DNA from: a virus
Length of the DNA stretch: 64,000 bases
Reading direction: 5' to 3' (one strand)
Virus record (IMG/VR): IMGVR_UViG_3300029554_000001
Made by a program: the position numbers and the translations under genes. Within the stretch, counting starts at the first letter, position 1. Each line of letters opens with the position of its first letter. This document shows positions 1-12,950 of this stretch, piece by piece. Below the pieces are notes generated by a model. It was not told where the DNA came from. It did no database searches and saw only the letters and a program-made list of their open reading frames with translations.

Positions 1-3000
1 GAAGGGGCCAAAGAAAGTACTTATGATGATAAGGGAGAGCTTTTACAATAGGGTATAAAAGATTTCTTGGCTGGCTTATCTGGTGACAAAGAATAGTTGC
101 ACAACGCTGTTTTAGCGCTGGTAGAACAAATAGTTCAAACCGCTGGTGTTGATATTGATGCAAAACAGCAAATGAGCGAGGTTATATCTCAACAATCTAT
201 TAATGTCCCTATAAAATATAAAGGAGAAGAGCGGAATAGTACGTTAGAAAGTGCAATCACTGGAACTTCAAGTGCTAAATATCAAGCTGTTTTAGAAGAA
301 CAAAGAAGTAAGATGGCTGGAGGGTTATCTGAAGGATTCCAACGTATTCAATCTGCATTAGCATTTCAACAAACTGGAACAGCAGGGGATGAAGCTGTCA
401 AGCAAGCAGTTGAGAGAATAAATTGGCTCGCTGATATTGTAAGTGAAATAGGTGGCAATTCTGAGCTAGAAGAAGGACTTCGTAAAATAGCAGAAGGTAA
501 TCCTCGGTTTACTGGAATGGACGCAAACACTATTGCAAATTCTATTTCTAAAATTTATGCTTTTTCCGAGGGGATGGACGCATCTCTTTCTCATAATTTA
601 AACAATTTAAACCAAGCGAGATAGGCACAAGGACTTAAACCTATCAAAGAAGAAAAATACAGAGAAAAATTCTTCAAAGAAAATCCTGAAATAGCTCAAA
701 AATATGAAGAATCTAAAGCTGCAAGAGAACGTTATGATTCAGTCGAATCTGACAAGGTAAGTGACAAATTACAAGCGTTCTTTTCTGTTGTTGGACAAAC
801 AGAAGAAGGGGTTAATAAGTTTATTACAGTTCTTGCTAAAGCTTACGAGAATTTGAACGGAACTATTTCTAAAGTTGTAAAAACAGATGAGGGAGACCGT
901 AGAGCTACTGCTTCTGCTCAAAGATGGGTGGAAGATACTGTAGAATATAGAGTGAGTTCTTCTGGCAATGCCATTAACCCAAACAAAGGAGTGAATGCTC
1001 CCTATTATCAAAGAGAGGGTATCAGAGGTTAGGATGTAAACTGGGAAGAAATTACAAGTAATCCTTCTCCTGCTTTAACTACCAATTTGTAGAACAAAGC
1101 TGGTTTAACTGGTAATATTTATGATGGTAACAGTCCCCAAGAAAATGCTGAGATTGCAAAAAGTATTCTTGAACAGAAAAAGAAAGAGCTTGCAAGAGTA
1201 CAAGCTTTAGTTGCTAATCCTAAGAGTGAAGCAAGTAAAAATAAAAATTTAAAACGTATTCAAGAAATTTAGGCTGAAATAGATTTTCATTATAAAAACT
1301 GGGATGAACTTGTTATGGCTCAAACCCCAGTTGTTAGAAAAGGTAAAAAGAATACAGGAAAAGATGATTTTAATGTTCCTGTTGCAACGCCCTTGAATCC
1401 TGAAGCTGAAAGAATCAAGAATTTAAAAGAAAGTGTAAAACAATCTGGTTTTTCTCAAGGGTCTTCTTTTACTGCTAAAAATTCTGTTAGGCGGACTTTT
1501 GGTGGAACAATTACTGGTATAAAAGGAGAAGGAGCTCGGCAAGTTATTGAAGCTCTTTTAGAAGACGGTAAAACTGTTAAATATACGTTTGATAGTTTAT
1601 TAAAATAGCTTATTACTTACTCAGAACAAGCTGCAACAACAGTTGAGGATGTTTCTGAACAAATTAAAACCAATGTAATTCAAGATTCTCAACAAATAGA
1701 ACAAGCAATTGAATCTACTCCTACTATGGCAAATGAAACGTCTCAAACAGAAAAAGCTTTACAACAAGAAGAGGCGGCTATAACCGATGTTAATACTGCT
1801 TTAGATAAACATGAAACAGAAGTTTTATCTGCGGCAGATGCAGAACAACAAAAGATTTTAGTGTCTCAAGATTTAGTTAAATAGTTAACTAAAGAAGAGG
1901 GCGCTTTAGATAAAGTAAGTGAAAGCGCCAAAGAAGCTGAAATTCAAAAAGGTGTTACATATACATATAAAGATTTGCAATCTTATGATGATGCAACACA
2001 TACTTATACCGATACTAATGGTAATAAGTTAAGAAGTATTACTCAACTTGGTGGAGCTTTAAAGGGCTTTATTCCTTCTGCAACAGCTATTGCTGACGAA
2101 AAAGCTTTTATGGCTGCTATTGCTAACACTCCTAAAGGAGAACAATTAACTGCTGAAAAAATTGGCATGACCGCGCAAGACTTTGCTAAAAAGAAAAATG
2201 CAATTATAAGTAGGGAAAAAGGCAATTTAGAGCATGAGGTTTTTGACCTTTTAAGTAAGACTGGATTTTCTGGAGTTGAAGGTTTTGCTGGAAAAGATGT
2301 TGAGGTAAAATGGAACGGTGCTACAGAGATAGTAGATGCTCAAGAACAATTCGCAAGAGTATTAAAAGAAAAAGCAGACCTTTTATCCAAGCTTGGTATT
2401 GACAATGCTGAACAACTTTTATTACAAGCTGTCGAGAGTTATACTAAAGCAATAAATAACGCTCATATTCAATTAACTCCTTTCTCTGAAACTCCTATGG
2501 CTGCGAGTTTTAGTGGTCCAAAAGGAACTTTTGATTATTCTTTTACACCCGACTAGATTGCAAGGAGTTCTGATGGTTCTCCACAGAATTTTATTCTTGA
2601 TACCAAAACTGGTAAGACTTATGGTACAGAAAGTTTCCAACTTGCAGGACAATTGTACGGTGTTTTAGCTAATGCTCAAAACCCTGAATTCCAAAAATTA
2701 TATCAAGAAAGTGGAATTGACACAGATAAAGATTTTTCACTTTTTATCGCCGATGTTAAAGATGGATTTACTCAATTAATTCAACACATGGCTTTAACTG
2801 AAGAGGAATTTTACGACCTCCTTGTTAGAGCAAATGATATTATAGATGGCAAGGCTGAACCTTTAACTAAAGATGAACAAGCAGCTCTCATGAATAGAGA
2901 GATGACCACAGGTAGAGTTTTTGGTAGGTCAGAATCTCCTGTATCTGAAAAAGCTGCTAATAATAATTTTGTTTCTTACGCTCCTGATGAAAATGGTAGC

Positions 3001-6000
3001 ATTGATAAAAGAGAGCAAGCTATTATTGGTAGTTATTTAACTGAGTATCAGAAATTAATAAATTATCAAACCCAATTAAATAATTTAAAGAAGCAACAAG
3101 AAGAATTAGCCCAAAATGGTGTCGGTTATACTAGTGAAGAATCACAAAAACTTGAACAACAAATATCGACCATGCAATCTACAGTTAATCTTCAAAAGAA
3201 GATTATGGCGGAAAAGAATCTTGATTATAAGGTTTTAAACACACCTCGGGAAGCTGACAAAGTTGCAATAGGGAATGTTCTTTTATCTGACAAGGGTAGC
3301 AAACTTGCTACGCTGCAATGGGCTAAAATAAATGCGCTTAGTAGTAATAAGCAGAGAAAAAATGACACCAGTGTTACTACTCAGCAAAATACAGAAGCAA
3401 CAAAGGATTTAGATTTACTTTTAAGTCAATATAAAGAACTTCTAAGTCTTCAAAATTAGTTGAAAGAGTCTAACATTAAAGCTGAAAGTTTAACAGGGGA
3501 CAAGCAAGCCGCTCAACAAAATGCTTCTGCTAATTTGCAAGAAAGAATTGATAAACTTCGTGAAATTTCTACTCTTACTGGTGAAATAACAGATGAGAAG
3601 AGAATTGAAGAAGAAATTACAAAAGCCACTTATTTAACTGAGAGTGAAAGAGCTAAGAAATTAAATACTCTTAGAACTACAGTAGGAGAAGCAAATCAAA
3701 AGAATTTAGACATTGACACTAAATATGCTCAAGCGGCAAGAAATAATAACCCAACTCTTCAAAATACTTTAACTGGTTATTATAGAAACCTTGAAGAACA
3801 AGGTAGAATTGAAAGAGAAATTGCTAGAGCAGAAAATAAAGGAATGTCTTTAACTGGAAATGCGGCTATTGAAAATAAATCCTTTATTCATTCTCTGCAA
3901 AGTTAGAAAAACAATTTAGCAAACCAATATAAATATGACGAGCAAAAGAAAACTTTAAATGGTATTGAATTAACAGAAGAGCAAATTAACAAATTAGAAC
4001 AAGAAAGAACTCGTATCTTAAACAACAACCAAATTGAGATGGATAGAGTTGGAAATTCTGTTAATCAAACTAAAGGCTTTTTAACTCAACTTAAGGATAA
4101 TTTTAAAGATAGCTTTTCTCAAATTGGAATGGCTATAATGCAAATATTTTCTTTCCAGTAGATATAGAAAGTATTTAATGATTTTATTTCTGCTACTGAA
4201 AGACTTGACTAGAAAATGGTTGACCTTCAAATTGCAAGTGGTTATACCAAGAGTAATATTCACGATATGATGCTTGAGTTTAATGACTTGGCAAAAGAAA
4301 TCGGTAAAACTACTGAAGAAATTGCTGAAGCTGCAAACGATTGGCTTCGTGCTGGTTACGAAGGACAAGAAGCATCTCAATTAACTAATGCTTCTATGCA
4401 ATTAAGTACGCTTGGTATGATTAATAGCGCTGATGCTACGAGTTATCTGATTAGTGTGCTTAAAGGATGGAAGTTAGAAGCAACCGAAATTCAAGGAGTA
4501 GTGGACAAATTAACTGCTGTTGACATGCAGGCCGCTATAAGTGCTGGTGATTTGGCAGAAGCTATGTCTCGTGCTAGTAATTCTGCACAAATGGCTGGTA
4601 CAAGTTTAGATAGATATATTGCGTATCTTACCACTATTACAGATGTAACTCAAAAGAGCGCTGCGTCTGTTGGTGAATCTATGAAAACGGTTTATGCACG
4701 TTATTAGAACATTGCCGCTGGTAAATTTGTAGCTGCTGAGTCTGATATTGAAAGCGAGAATTATAATGCCGATGAATGGGCTAACTTAAATGATGTTGAA
4801 AAAGCTCTTGGTGCGTTGGGTATTAATATTAGAGATTCTGTATCTAGCTTTAGAGACTTTGATGATATTATGGATGAAATTGCTAGCAAGTGGAATACAT
4901 ATACAGACGTTCAAAAATCTGGTATTGCTACTTCTCTGGCTGGTGTGAGACAGCGTGAAAACTTGCTTACCTTGTTTGAAAACTGGGACGCTGTTGAAAA
5001 ATTTGAAGAAATTTCTACTAATGCATATGGCACTGCTATTGAAAAAATGAAGTCTTATACTGATAGTGTTGAAGCTGCCAAGAATAGAGTTACTGTTGCT
5101 CTTGAAAAGTGGGTTTTAGCTCTTAATCAGTCTGATACTTTGATTTGGTTCTATAATGCTGTTGCAGACGTTTCTGATAATCTTGTAGCATGGGCGGGAG
5201 CTATTTTACTAGCAACTGCTGCAATGAACTCTGTTGGTTTTGGAAGTACAATGCAAAATGCATGGTCTAAATTTGTTTCATCTTGTATTAATGTTTCTAT
5301 GAAACTTGATAAAATGAATATTTCAACTCAGGGATATTTTACTCAAGGCGGAAGACAAAGTTTAGGAGAATCTTTAAAAGCAAATTATACTGAATCGTTT
5401 AATGTGGCTCTTAAAGAGAATTACGCAAAAAGCTTAACTAATACTATTAATAGTTTAGATAATTTAACTGATAGTACTAAAAAGATATTGGTTGATGGTT
5501 ATGTTCCAATGCAAAATTCCATGCTTAATTACAATACTAAAATAAAAGAAAATATTGCCAGTATTTTAAAAAACACTGCGCTTACCGACGAGTAGGCGGC
5601 ATTACAGCTACGAGAAAATTTGGCTGACCAAAACAATGCATGGGTAGATGCTATGTTGTCTACTATAGATTAGGAAGAGCTTCGTTTAAGGACTGAACAA
5701 ATCACTCAAGGTCAAAGAAGCTTGACTGATGAAGAAAAGCTTTAGATAGCCACAGAAGAATTGGCAAGAAGACGTAATGATGCGGCAGTCAGAACTGTTG
5801 CAGATGATTTAGAAGGCTCTTCTAGGATAAGTCCTCAAAGAGCGGCTTTAAAAGGTGGCGCAACCATGGTTGGGTCTGGTCTTGGTGCTTTAGCTGGTAT
5901 GGCTATTGGAGAAAATCTTCTTGGTGGTGGTTGGGCAACTTCTTTAGGAACCATGATAGGTATGGGTATTGGTGGAAAAGCTACTTCCACTATGGCTCTT

Positions 6001-9000
6001 GCATTTGCTGACGCTATGGCGGCAGGAGGTTCTATTTTTACTGGTATGAAGGCAGGCGCAATGGCTTTAGGTCCTGTTCTCGGTATTGGAGTTGCGGCTT
6101 TAGCTATTGGGGCTGGTTATGCTTTGTATAAAAAGCACCAACAAAAAATGATAGAAGAAGCTAAAACTGCTTTTACAGATGCAGCAGAAGAATTAACTAA
6201 TGCCAAATCTTTACAAGCTACCGCTTAGAAATATGATGAACTTTCTAAGGGTGTTGATTCTTTGGGAAGAAATGTTTCTCTTACTGATGAAGAATACGAA
6301 AAATTCCTTGATTATAGTAATCAATTAGTAGAAGCATTTCCTGAATTACGTATTCGTACAGATGAAAATGGCAACGCTATTGCTGATATGGGTAATGAAA
6401 TGGAAACCACTTCTGATAAGGTTAAGGGGTTAATAGATTCTTTACAAACATTGGCAGATTAGAGAATGGTTATGGGTTCTGATGGTGAAAAAGTATTACA
6501 AGATACTTTAGATACTGCGGCTCAGGAATATAAAGATGCGCTTTCAGATTTGAATAATGCAAGGGCTGACAGGGCTAATAATTATACCGATGTAATGGCT
6601 TTACAACAACAAAGAGACCAAGCACAAGAAGAATTAGACAAAGCCCGTGAAGATTACAATGATGCCGAAATAAAACAGCTTCAAGATGAATTAATCAATG
6701 CACAAAATAAATTGGCTGGATATCAGCAAAGACAAGCAAACGGAGAAAAGAATTTAGGTAGTGTCATAGTTCTTGCGCAAGATAATGTTGATAGAGCTAA
6801 AAGAGCTTATGAAAATAAAGTTGGACATCAAGATATTAATACCCTTGAAAATCAAGTTGCTGACCTTGACGTTAAGATAAAAGAAGCTCAAGCTGAAAAT
6901 AACGCTGGTGAAGCTGCTGTTGATGCAGCTCAAAATGCTTATGATAGAGCTATTATAAGTGCTAAAGAAACATTAAGTGAATCTGGTAAGGCTTATGCAA
7001 GACTTATTGGGGCTTATGAAGATGTTGATGATGTAACCAGCAACTTGTTTGATAATGCTATTGGTTCTATTGATGCTGTTGATAAAGCTGGAAATGCCTT
7101 GTCTCCTGAAATGTATAAGCAAAAAGTTAGAGACATGATTAATTCTGTCAATGGTCTTGTTTCTGATGAAACTGTAAAAACTTTAATTGAAGCAACAGAT
7201 GAAAAAATAAACACTGATATGACTGTTGCAGATGCTAATAAAGCTAGAACACAATTAAAGAAATATCTTGAAGATACTTTCCCGAATATTGAAGATGATG
7301 AAAATTTGATGAAAATTGTGGTTGGAATTGGATTTGAAGTTGTTGATGGTGAAATTGTTGATAAATAGAACATAGCACAACAATTTAAAGACAAGTATGG
7401 ATTTAGTAAACAACCACGGGGTATTACAGAGGATTATTTTAATTCTCTTACTGTTTCTCAAGGTCAAAAACTGTTTAATTGGATGGGTACAGATGGTTAT
7501 TTCTCTAATGGAGTGAATACAAATCAAAGCATTGTTAATTCTATGTTTTACGCAGATAGAGAAACTCCAACTAAATTAACTGGTGAAAATGGGTTAATTA
7601 ATAAATATCTTGAAGATATGAATGCTATGAATGACCTTGAAGCTAAGATTGATGAAGTTTTTAACGGTGATAAATACGATTTAAAGAACTCTAATCTTAA
7701 CGAACTTTTCGCCGAATTTCCTGAAACTGTTAGGAACAGTTTAAGTCAAGTATAGGAAGCCCTTAATAATGGAGACATTGATAAAAATGGATTAGCTGAT
7801 TAGCTGAGGGCGACTTATGATAATGCTTATTCTACTGTTTTGGACGAAGGTAAAAAGATTGCTGAAACTATGTCTTCACAATATTTTTCTGATTTGGAAT
7901 TACCTGACGGCTATATCAAATCTTGGTCTGAATTAAAAGAAGCTTTTTCTGATGTTTCTAGTATTTTTGACCAACTTGCTGATGCAAGAGAGGAAATGGC
8001 CTCTTCTGGCAGATTAAGTATCGAAACCACTCTTGAACTTCTCTCTACAAATGCTGATTATATTAATGCTTTGGAGATTGAGGGAGAGAATATTGTGCTT
8101 AAAACTGACGCCGAAGAAATAATGAATAAAGTTAGACTTTAGACTATTGCTGTTAGTTTACAAGCACAGATTCAAGAAGATAATTTAAGAGTTGCACAAT
8201 TAAAGAATCAACTTCAAACTTTAATGTTGTCTGGTACTTATATTGAAACTTCTGATGCTTTGGTTGAATCTACCAAGGCTAAAGTTTATGCTTATGATTC
8301 AGAAGGAGAAGCTCTTGCTAATTTAGCTAATCAATATTTAACGGCTGCGAATGCTGCTTCTTTGTTGAATAGAGCCCAAAATGGAGAAACAGTAGATATA
8401 GGCAGTGTAAAAGCTGTTAAAACTATTAAGTACACTCCTACAGATAAGTCGGCTTTGGAAAGTAAGACTATTGATTTATCTGGTAATACTGAAGCTCTGC
8501 AAAAATAGATTGAAGTTACCAAGTCTGAGTTGAAAAGTTTGGTTGGTAGTTTTGACGAAGTTGTTACTACAGATAAAACTGGCAAGGTTACTGGTTATGA
8601 TGTTAAATTTAAGACCCATACTGATAAAGATGGAAATATTCATTATGATGAAGGTAATATTGCTATGCGTGAGCACTTGCTTTATAGTGTTTAGGACATG
8701 CTTGAGTCTGGTAATTTAGCTAAAGCGTTCAAGAAAGGTTATACAAAACCAATAAAGAGTGCTGGCAAAGCTGCGAAAGATACTAAAGATAAAGTTCTTG
8801 ACCTTCTCAAAGCTTATGATTCTTTAATCGACAAAGAATGGGAAGCAATGAAAGTATTTGATGAAAATACTTTAACTCCTACTGGATATACCCAATATTT
8901 TGAAAAGAAGAGAGCAAGTCTTGAAAAATTAGCGGCTTATTATGAAGGTATGATGCAAAATACCAATCTCACAGAAGAAGAGAGATTAGATGCAGAAAAG

Positions 9001-10001
9001 AATTATATTGAGAATCAAAAAGCTATTAATAACCTTGATGATGAAGAGGTTGAAGACAAGTATAAGATTCTTGAATTATATGGAGCTTCTATTAATTCTT
9101 TGATTTTGATGAAGCAGCAATTAGTTAAGACTTCTGACACATATGAAGAACTTCTTGAGAATCAGAAAGACCTTAATAATCTGCTTCAAGACGAGATTGA
9201 TTTGCGTAAAGAGGTTTCTGAATGGCAACAGAAGTTAAGTGACCGTGAACTTGATTATGTAAAAGGAAGCGCGTGGAGTAATAGTTCTGCTTATGATGCA
9301 GCTATGAACGCTTCTCTTGCAGAAATTGAAAAGTAGATTGAAGCTACTAAAGCTTCTATTCAATTTAATTTTAGTCAAGCTGTTTATGGTTATATGACTG
9401 AAGGTATGAGTGAAATGGAAGCTCGTGCTCATGTTGCATTTGGTAATAGTGATTATTCCAAGGCATATCGTGAAGCACAGCAAGAATATCTTGATTTAAT
9501 TGACTCTAAGACTGAATATGTTGTTAATAGAACTTCTGCACAAATTGAAGAACTTTCTAATAAGCTACAACTTCTTGAAGATTCCAAACCTCAAGAGTGG
9601 ATTAGAATTTCTGATATTGAAAGCTACTATGCAAGTAGGAGCACTTTATTGCAAAATCAAGTTAGTGTTTATCAGAAGGCGTTGGAAGATGTGTCTGATT
9701 TAACTGATGAACAAATTAAAGACCTTGTTGATGGCTTAAATGAAGCTACGGTTGCTTTACATGAAGCTAAGATAAATGCTTTGGAAGATAAGACCGAGCT
9801 TCAAGAAAAGCAATATGATGCAATTGTTTATAGAATTAATCTTTATAAGGATGAGCTTCAGGATGCTATTGATGCTATTGAAAAGGCTTATGAAGATGAG
9901 ATAAAACCCTTGGAAGATGCCAATAAAGAGCGTCAAAGAGCTATAGAACTTGAAAATCTTCTCTTGGCTAAAAAGAACGCCAATAAAGAGAAGGAGAGAG
10001 T
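1..10001 (+). CDS. tail tape measure protein, exon 1 (5' partial, continues upstream of window; TAG read as sense)
   Basis: Frame 1 is open from nt 1 to the splice site with no TAA or TGA and 27 in-frame TAG (hand count). TP901-type tape-measure core at ~4300-4700 (AGYEGQEASQLTNASMQLSTLGMINSADATSYLISVLKGW...DLAEAMSRASNSAQMAGTSLD). Gly-rich hydrophobic segments at ~5850-6130. Long coiled-coil Q/E/K-rich stretches. Confidence 0.8.
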
Positions 10002-11394
10002 GAACCAAAATATGCTCTCTATAAAGATGGCTATATAAGTCAAACGCCAGAGATGGCAGAGACTTAGGAAAGACTTAATATGATTTGGTTTTATTTTAGG
10101 GAAAGGAGGAAATATGGGTTTAATTTATCAAGCTTATTTTAAAACTAATGGCAAAAGTTATATTGGATAGACAAGTAGAAATAATTTAGAAGACAGAAAA
10201 AAAGAACATTTACAAGCTTCTAAAGATAAGCCTTATCTTTTTTATAATGCTATCAGAAAATATGGTTGGAACGACATTGAATGGAGTGTTTTAGAAGAAT
10301 GCGATAATGAAGAATTAAATGAGAAAGAAATTTTTTATATAAAGAAATATAACACTTATATAGGATTTGATAATTGCAATGGTTATAATATGACAGAACG
10401 GGGAGATTGTATTAATCATTGCATGTTTGATACTAAAGATAAAATAAACGAATTGTTAGAAGAATATAAAAAATGTGGTAGTGTAAATGAATTAGCTAAA
10501 AAGCATGATTGCGGCTACACTGTCATTTATAATATTTTAACTGGTATTATTTGTTCCGAATTTACTGGTTTCTATTATAACGATAAAACCTTTTTGAAAA
10601 AATATATGAAAAAAGGCTTGAAATATACTAATGAACAAATAGATGAAGTAATTCAAAGAAATAAAAAAGGAGAATCTAATTCTTATATTTCAGAACAAAT
10701 GAATGTTCCTATTAAATGGGTTCAAGATATTTTATCGGGACGAATTATGTCAAAAAGAACTGGAATTAAACATATCACAAGAAATGAAAGACAATTATAT
10801 AATCCTGTAAATTCAAAGCGTTCTAAAGAAGAAGTTTTAAAGATGGTTGAAGATTATTATACAAACAAGCTATCGTCAAAAAAGATTTGTGAGAAATATA
10901 ATATTGTCTCTGCTCGTTTGAACGAAATCCTATCTGGTAAAACATGGAGTGCAATAACTCATTTAACAGAAGAGGATTACAAAGAAGAAAAATTAAAACG
11001 TAATCCTCCTAAAGAAAAAGCGAAAAAGAAATCCCTTTATTTATATACAGATAAGGATATTTTAGACATGGTAAATTTGTATAAGTTAGGTTATTCTAAA
11101 AAAGAGATAGCTGAAAAATATAATACAACAGAAGGATATATTTACAAAATTGTCACTGGACAAAGAAGAAACGATATAACTCATATTAAATAAATCATAT
11201 TAAGAATCCTAAGAGACTGTAATGGTTTTTATAGTAATATAAAGACCTTCGCCATCGTATTGTTGAAATATACAATATAAGATACAGTCCGAACTTACGA
11301 TATAATCTTGAAATAATAATGAAACGTAAGAGATAGGAAGAAACTCCTATCCGCTATTATTTTAATTAATAATAGTCATTAAAGTAACAGAATG
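10002..11394 (+). mobile_element. group I intron carrying a GIY-YIG homing endonuclease gene, inserted in the tape measure gene
   Basis: P1: exon AGAGAGU (9995-10001) pairs with GCUCUCU (10014-10020), with a U.G pair at the cut. P10: 10010-10013 pairs with exon-2 GUAU (11395-11398). R-like AAGAGACTGTAA (11211-11222) and S-like AAGATACAGTCC (11279-11290) give GACTGT/ACAGTC as P7. Terminal G at 11394. Splicing restores the frame (...KEKERV|YRKGLGWVFESNP...); exon lengths sum to a multiple of 3. Confidence 0.7.
10114..11193 (+). CDS. GIY-YIG homing endonuclease (intron-encoded, one in-frame TAG)
   Basis: RBS AAAGGAGGA then ATG. N-terminus is MGLIYQAYFKTNGKSYIG[TAG]TSRNNLEDRKKEH...YNAIRKYGW...E..YI..YN, the GIY-YIG module. 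The C-terminus has repeated HTH-like modules (ILTGIICSEFTG, ILSGRIMSKRTG, ILSGKTWSAITH, IVTGQRRNDITH). TAA stop. Confidence 0.85.
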
Positions 11395-12778
11395 GTATAG
11401 AAAAGGCCTTGGTTGGGTGTTCGAATCCAACCCAACAAAATTGCGTGAAGCTCAAAAAGACCTTGACGATTTCTATAAACAAGACCGTCTTGATGACCTC
11501 AACAATACGAAAGATGCAGAGCAACAAATTCTCCAAGACCGTATAGATGCTTGGGACAAATATCTTGAGCAACTTGAATGGGATTATAAGGAATATGAAC
11601 GTCTCGAGAATGAACGCATATTGAAAGAGCTTATGAATGCGAACTCCGAAGAAGAGATTCGTGCTCGTATTACAGCGGATATGCAGAAGTTTAATTCTAA
11701 TGTTCAATAGAACTACAAGAATTATACTACGATATTCCAAGACAACTTACTTACGCCTTATCGTCAAGCCAATGAACAATTAGCAGAATTGCGTAGACAA
11801 AGACTTGAATTATTAGACACTTCTGATTTCTATAATAAGAACAATAATCAAAATGGGTATATTAAAGAAGATGACCTGAACACTTATGATTTCTCTGACC
11901 TTGACATGAATACAGACTATGCTGCAAAAATGTTGGCTGCAAGGGATGAAGGAGAATTTAAGAAATGGGCTGCTTACCGTGATGAAAAAGCTCGTAGAAT
12001 GGGCATTACTCTTGATGGTAGTGGTTATGGTTATGATAAAGCTGGTAACAAGTTTAGATATCAAAGTAATGATGAACTTTATCAGCAATGGCTGTCTGGA
12101 CAGGGAAGGACCAATTCTTCTAATAGTACTCCAAATAGAGTTACTTCTTCTTCAAGTAATTCCAGTAGTAGTTCTAGTAGAAATAATTCTGGTAGTAGTT
12201 CAAGTGGGTCTAATAAAAACACTCCTACAATTGTTAAGCCCTCTCTAGGTGGTAGCGCAAGCAGTTCTTCTTGGGGCGGAAGTGACATTGGTACAGCAAT
12301 GCTCAATGCCAAGACTTCTGAGTAGTTCTGGCGTTTGGCAGACCAAAGAACTGCTAAAATTAAGCAAGCGAAAGCTGCTGGACAAGACACAAGTAAATGG
12401 CCTACGAACCAACAATTGTATGACCAGTGGTTGAAGTTGCATCCTAACACTAACAAATCTGGATTTACTGTAACTCCTTATGCTACTGGTATTGAAGAAG
12501 GACCAGTAACTTATACAGGACTTGCGATGTTACATGGTACGCCTTCTAAGCCTGAGTATGTCTTGAATAGTGACCAAGCTTATAATTTGTTACGCAATAT
12601 GGCAACCACGAGACTTCCTGAGATGGAACGCACTGGAACTGACAATAATTGTGGTACACAGTATATTGTTCAAGGTGATGTTGTACTTGAAGGAGTTAAT
12701 GACCCTGCCAAGTTCTGGAGTGGAGTAACTACAGCAATGGGGTCAAGGTGGAATGTAACTCGTAAAACCAGAGGATAA
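11395..12778 (+). CDS. tail tape measure protein, exon 2 (TAG read as sense)
   Basis: Frame 2 is open from the splice acceptor to TAA at 12776-12778, with 2 in-frame TAG (11708, 12323). Ser-rich linker at ~12100-12290. Typical TMP C-terminus (...LAMLHGTPSKPEYVLNSDQAYNLL...). Confidence 0.75.
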
Positions 12779-12831
12779 ATTTACCAAAAATAAAATCTTC
12801 AAAAAGAGGATAAAAAATTTGGAAAAGGTTA

Positions 12832-12860
12832 TTGACAATTAAATAAAAATAGCTTATAAT
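12832..12860 (+). promoter_or_regulatory. sigma70/sigmaA-type promoter (perfect consensus)
   Basis: TTGACA (12832-12837), 17-nt spacer, TATAAT (12855-12860), between the tape measure stop and the next structural gene. Confidence 0.7.
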
Positions 12861-12875
12861 AAGAGCAAGAAAAAA

Positions 12876-12917
12876 AGGGGTGTGGTGTGGAACAAAAACT
12901 CGCCACACCTCATCCCT
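12876..12917 (+). promoter_or_regulatory. long leader hairpin downstream of promoter
   Basis: AGGGGTGTGGTGTGG (12876-12890) pairs with CCACACCTCATCCCT (12903-12917), about 14 bp with one mismatch. No U-tract follows. It sits between the -10 box and the RBS AAAGGAG of the 12951 gene. Confidence 0.5.
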
Positions 12918-12950
12918 TAGACGAAAAAATAACGAAAGGAGTTAAAAGAA

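Noticed and set aside
11405-11440. A tRNA T-loop-like sequence GTTCGAATC within GGTTGGGTGTTCGAATCCAACC at the start of TMP exon 2, considered as a tRNA fragment or attachment-site remnant.
   Set aside because: No acceptor, D or anticodon arms can be built around it. The stretch is in frame and encodes GLGWVFESNP, which continues the tape measure protein sensibly.
11813-12456. Alternative-frame and antisense ORFs across the Ser-rich part of the tape measure gene (11813-12088 minus, 11919-12248 plus, 12082-12456 minus, 12245-12442 minus, 12249-12434 plus).
   Set aside because: They arise from a low-complexity AGT/TCT-rich tract that is open in several frames. The TMP frame is the only one continuous with flanking conserved sequence.
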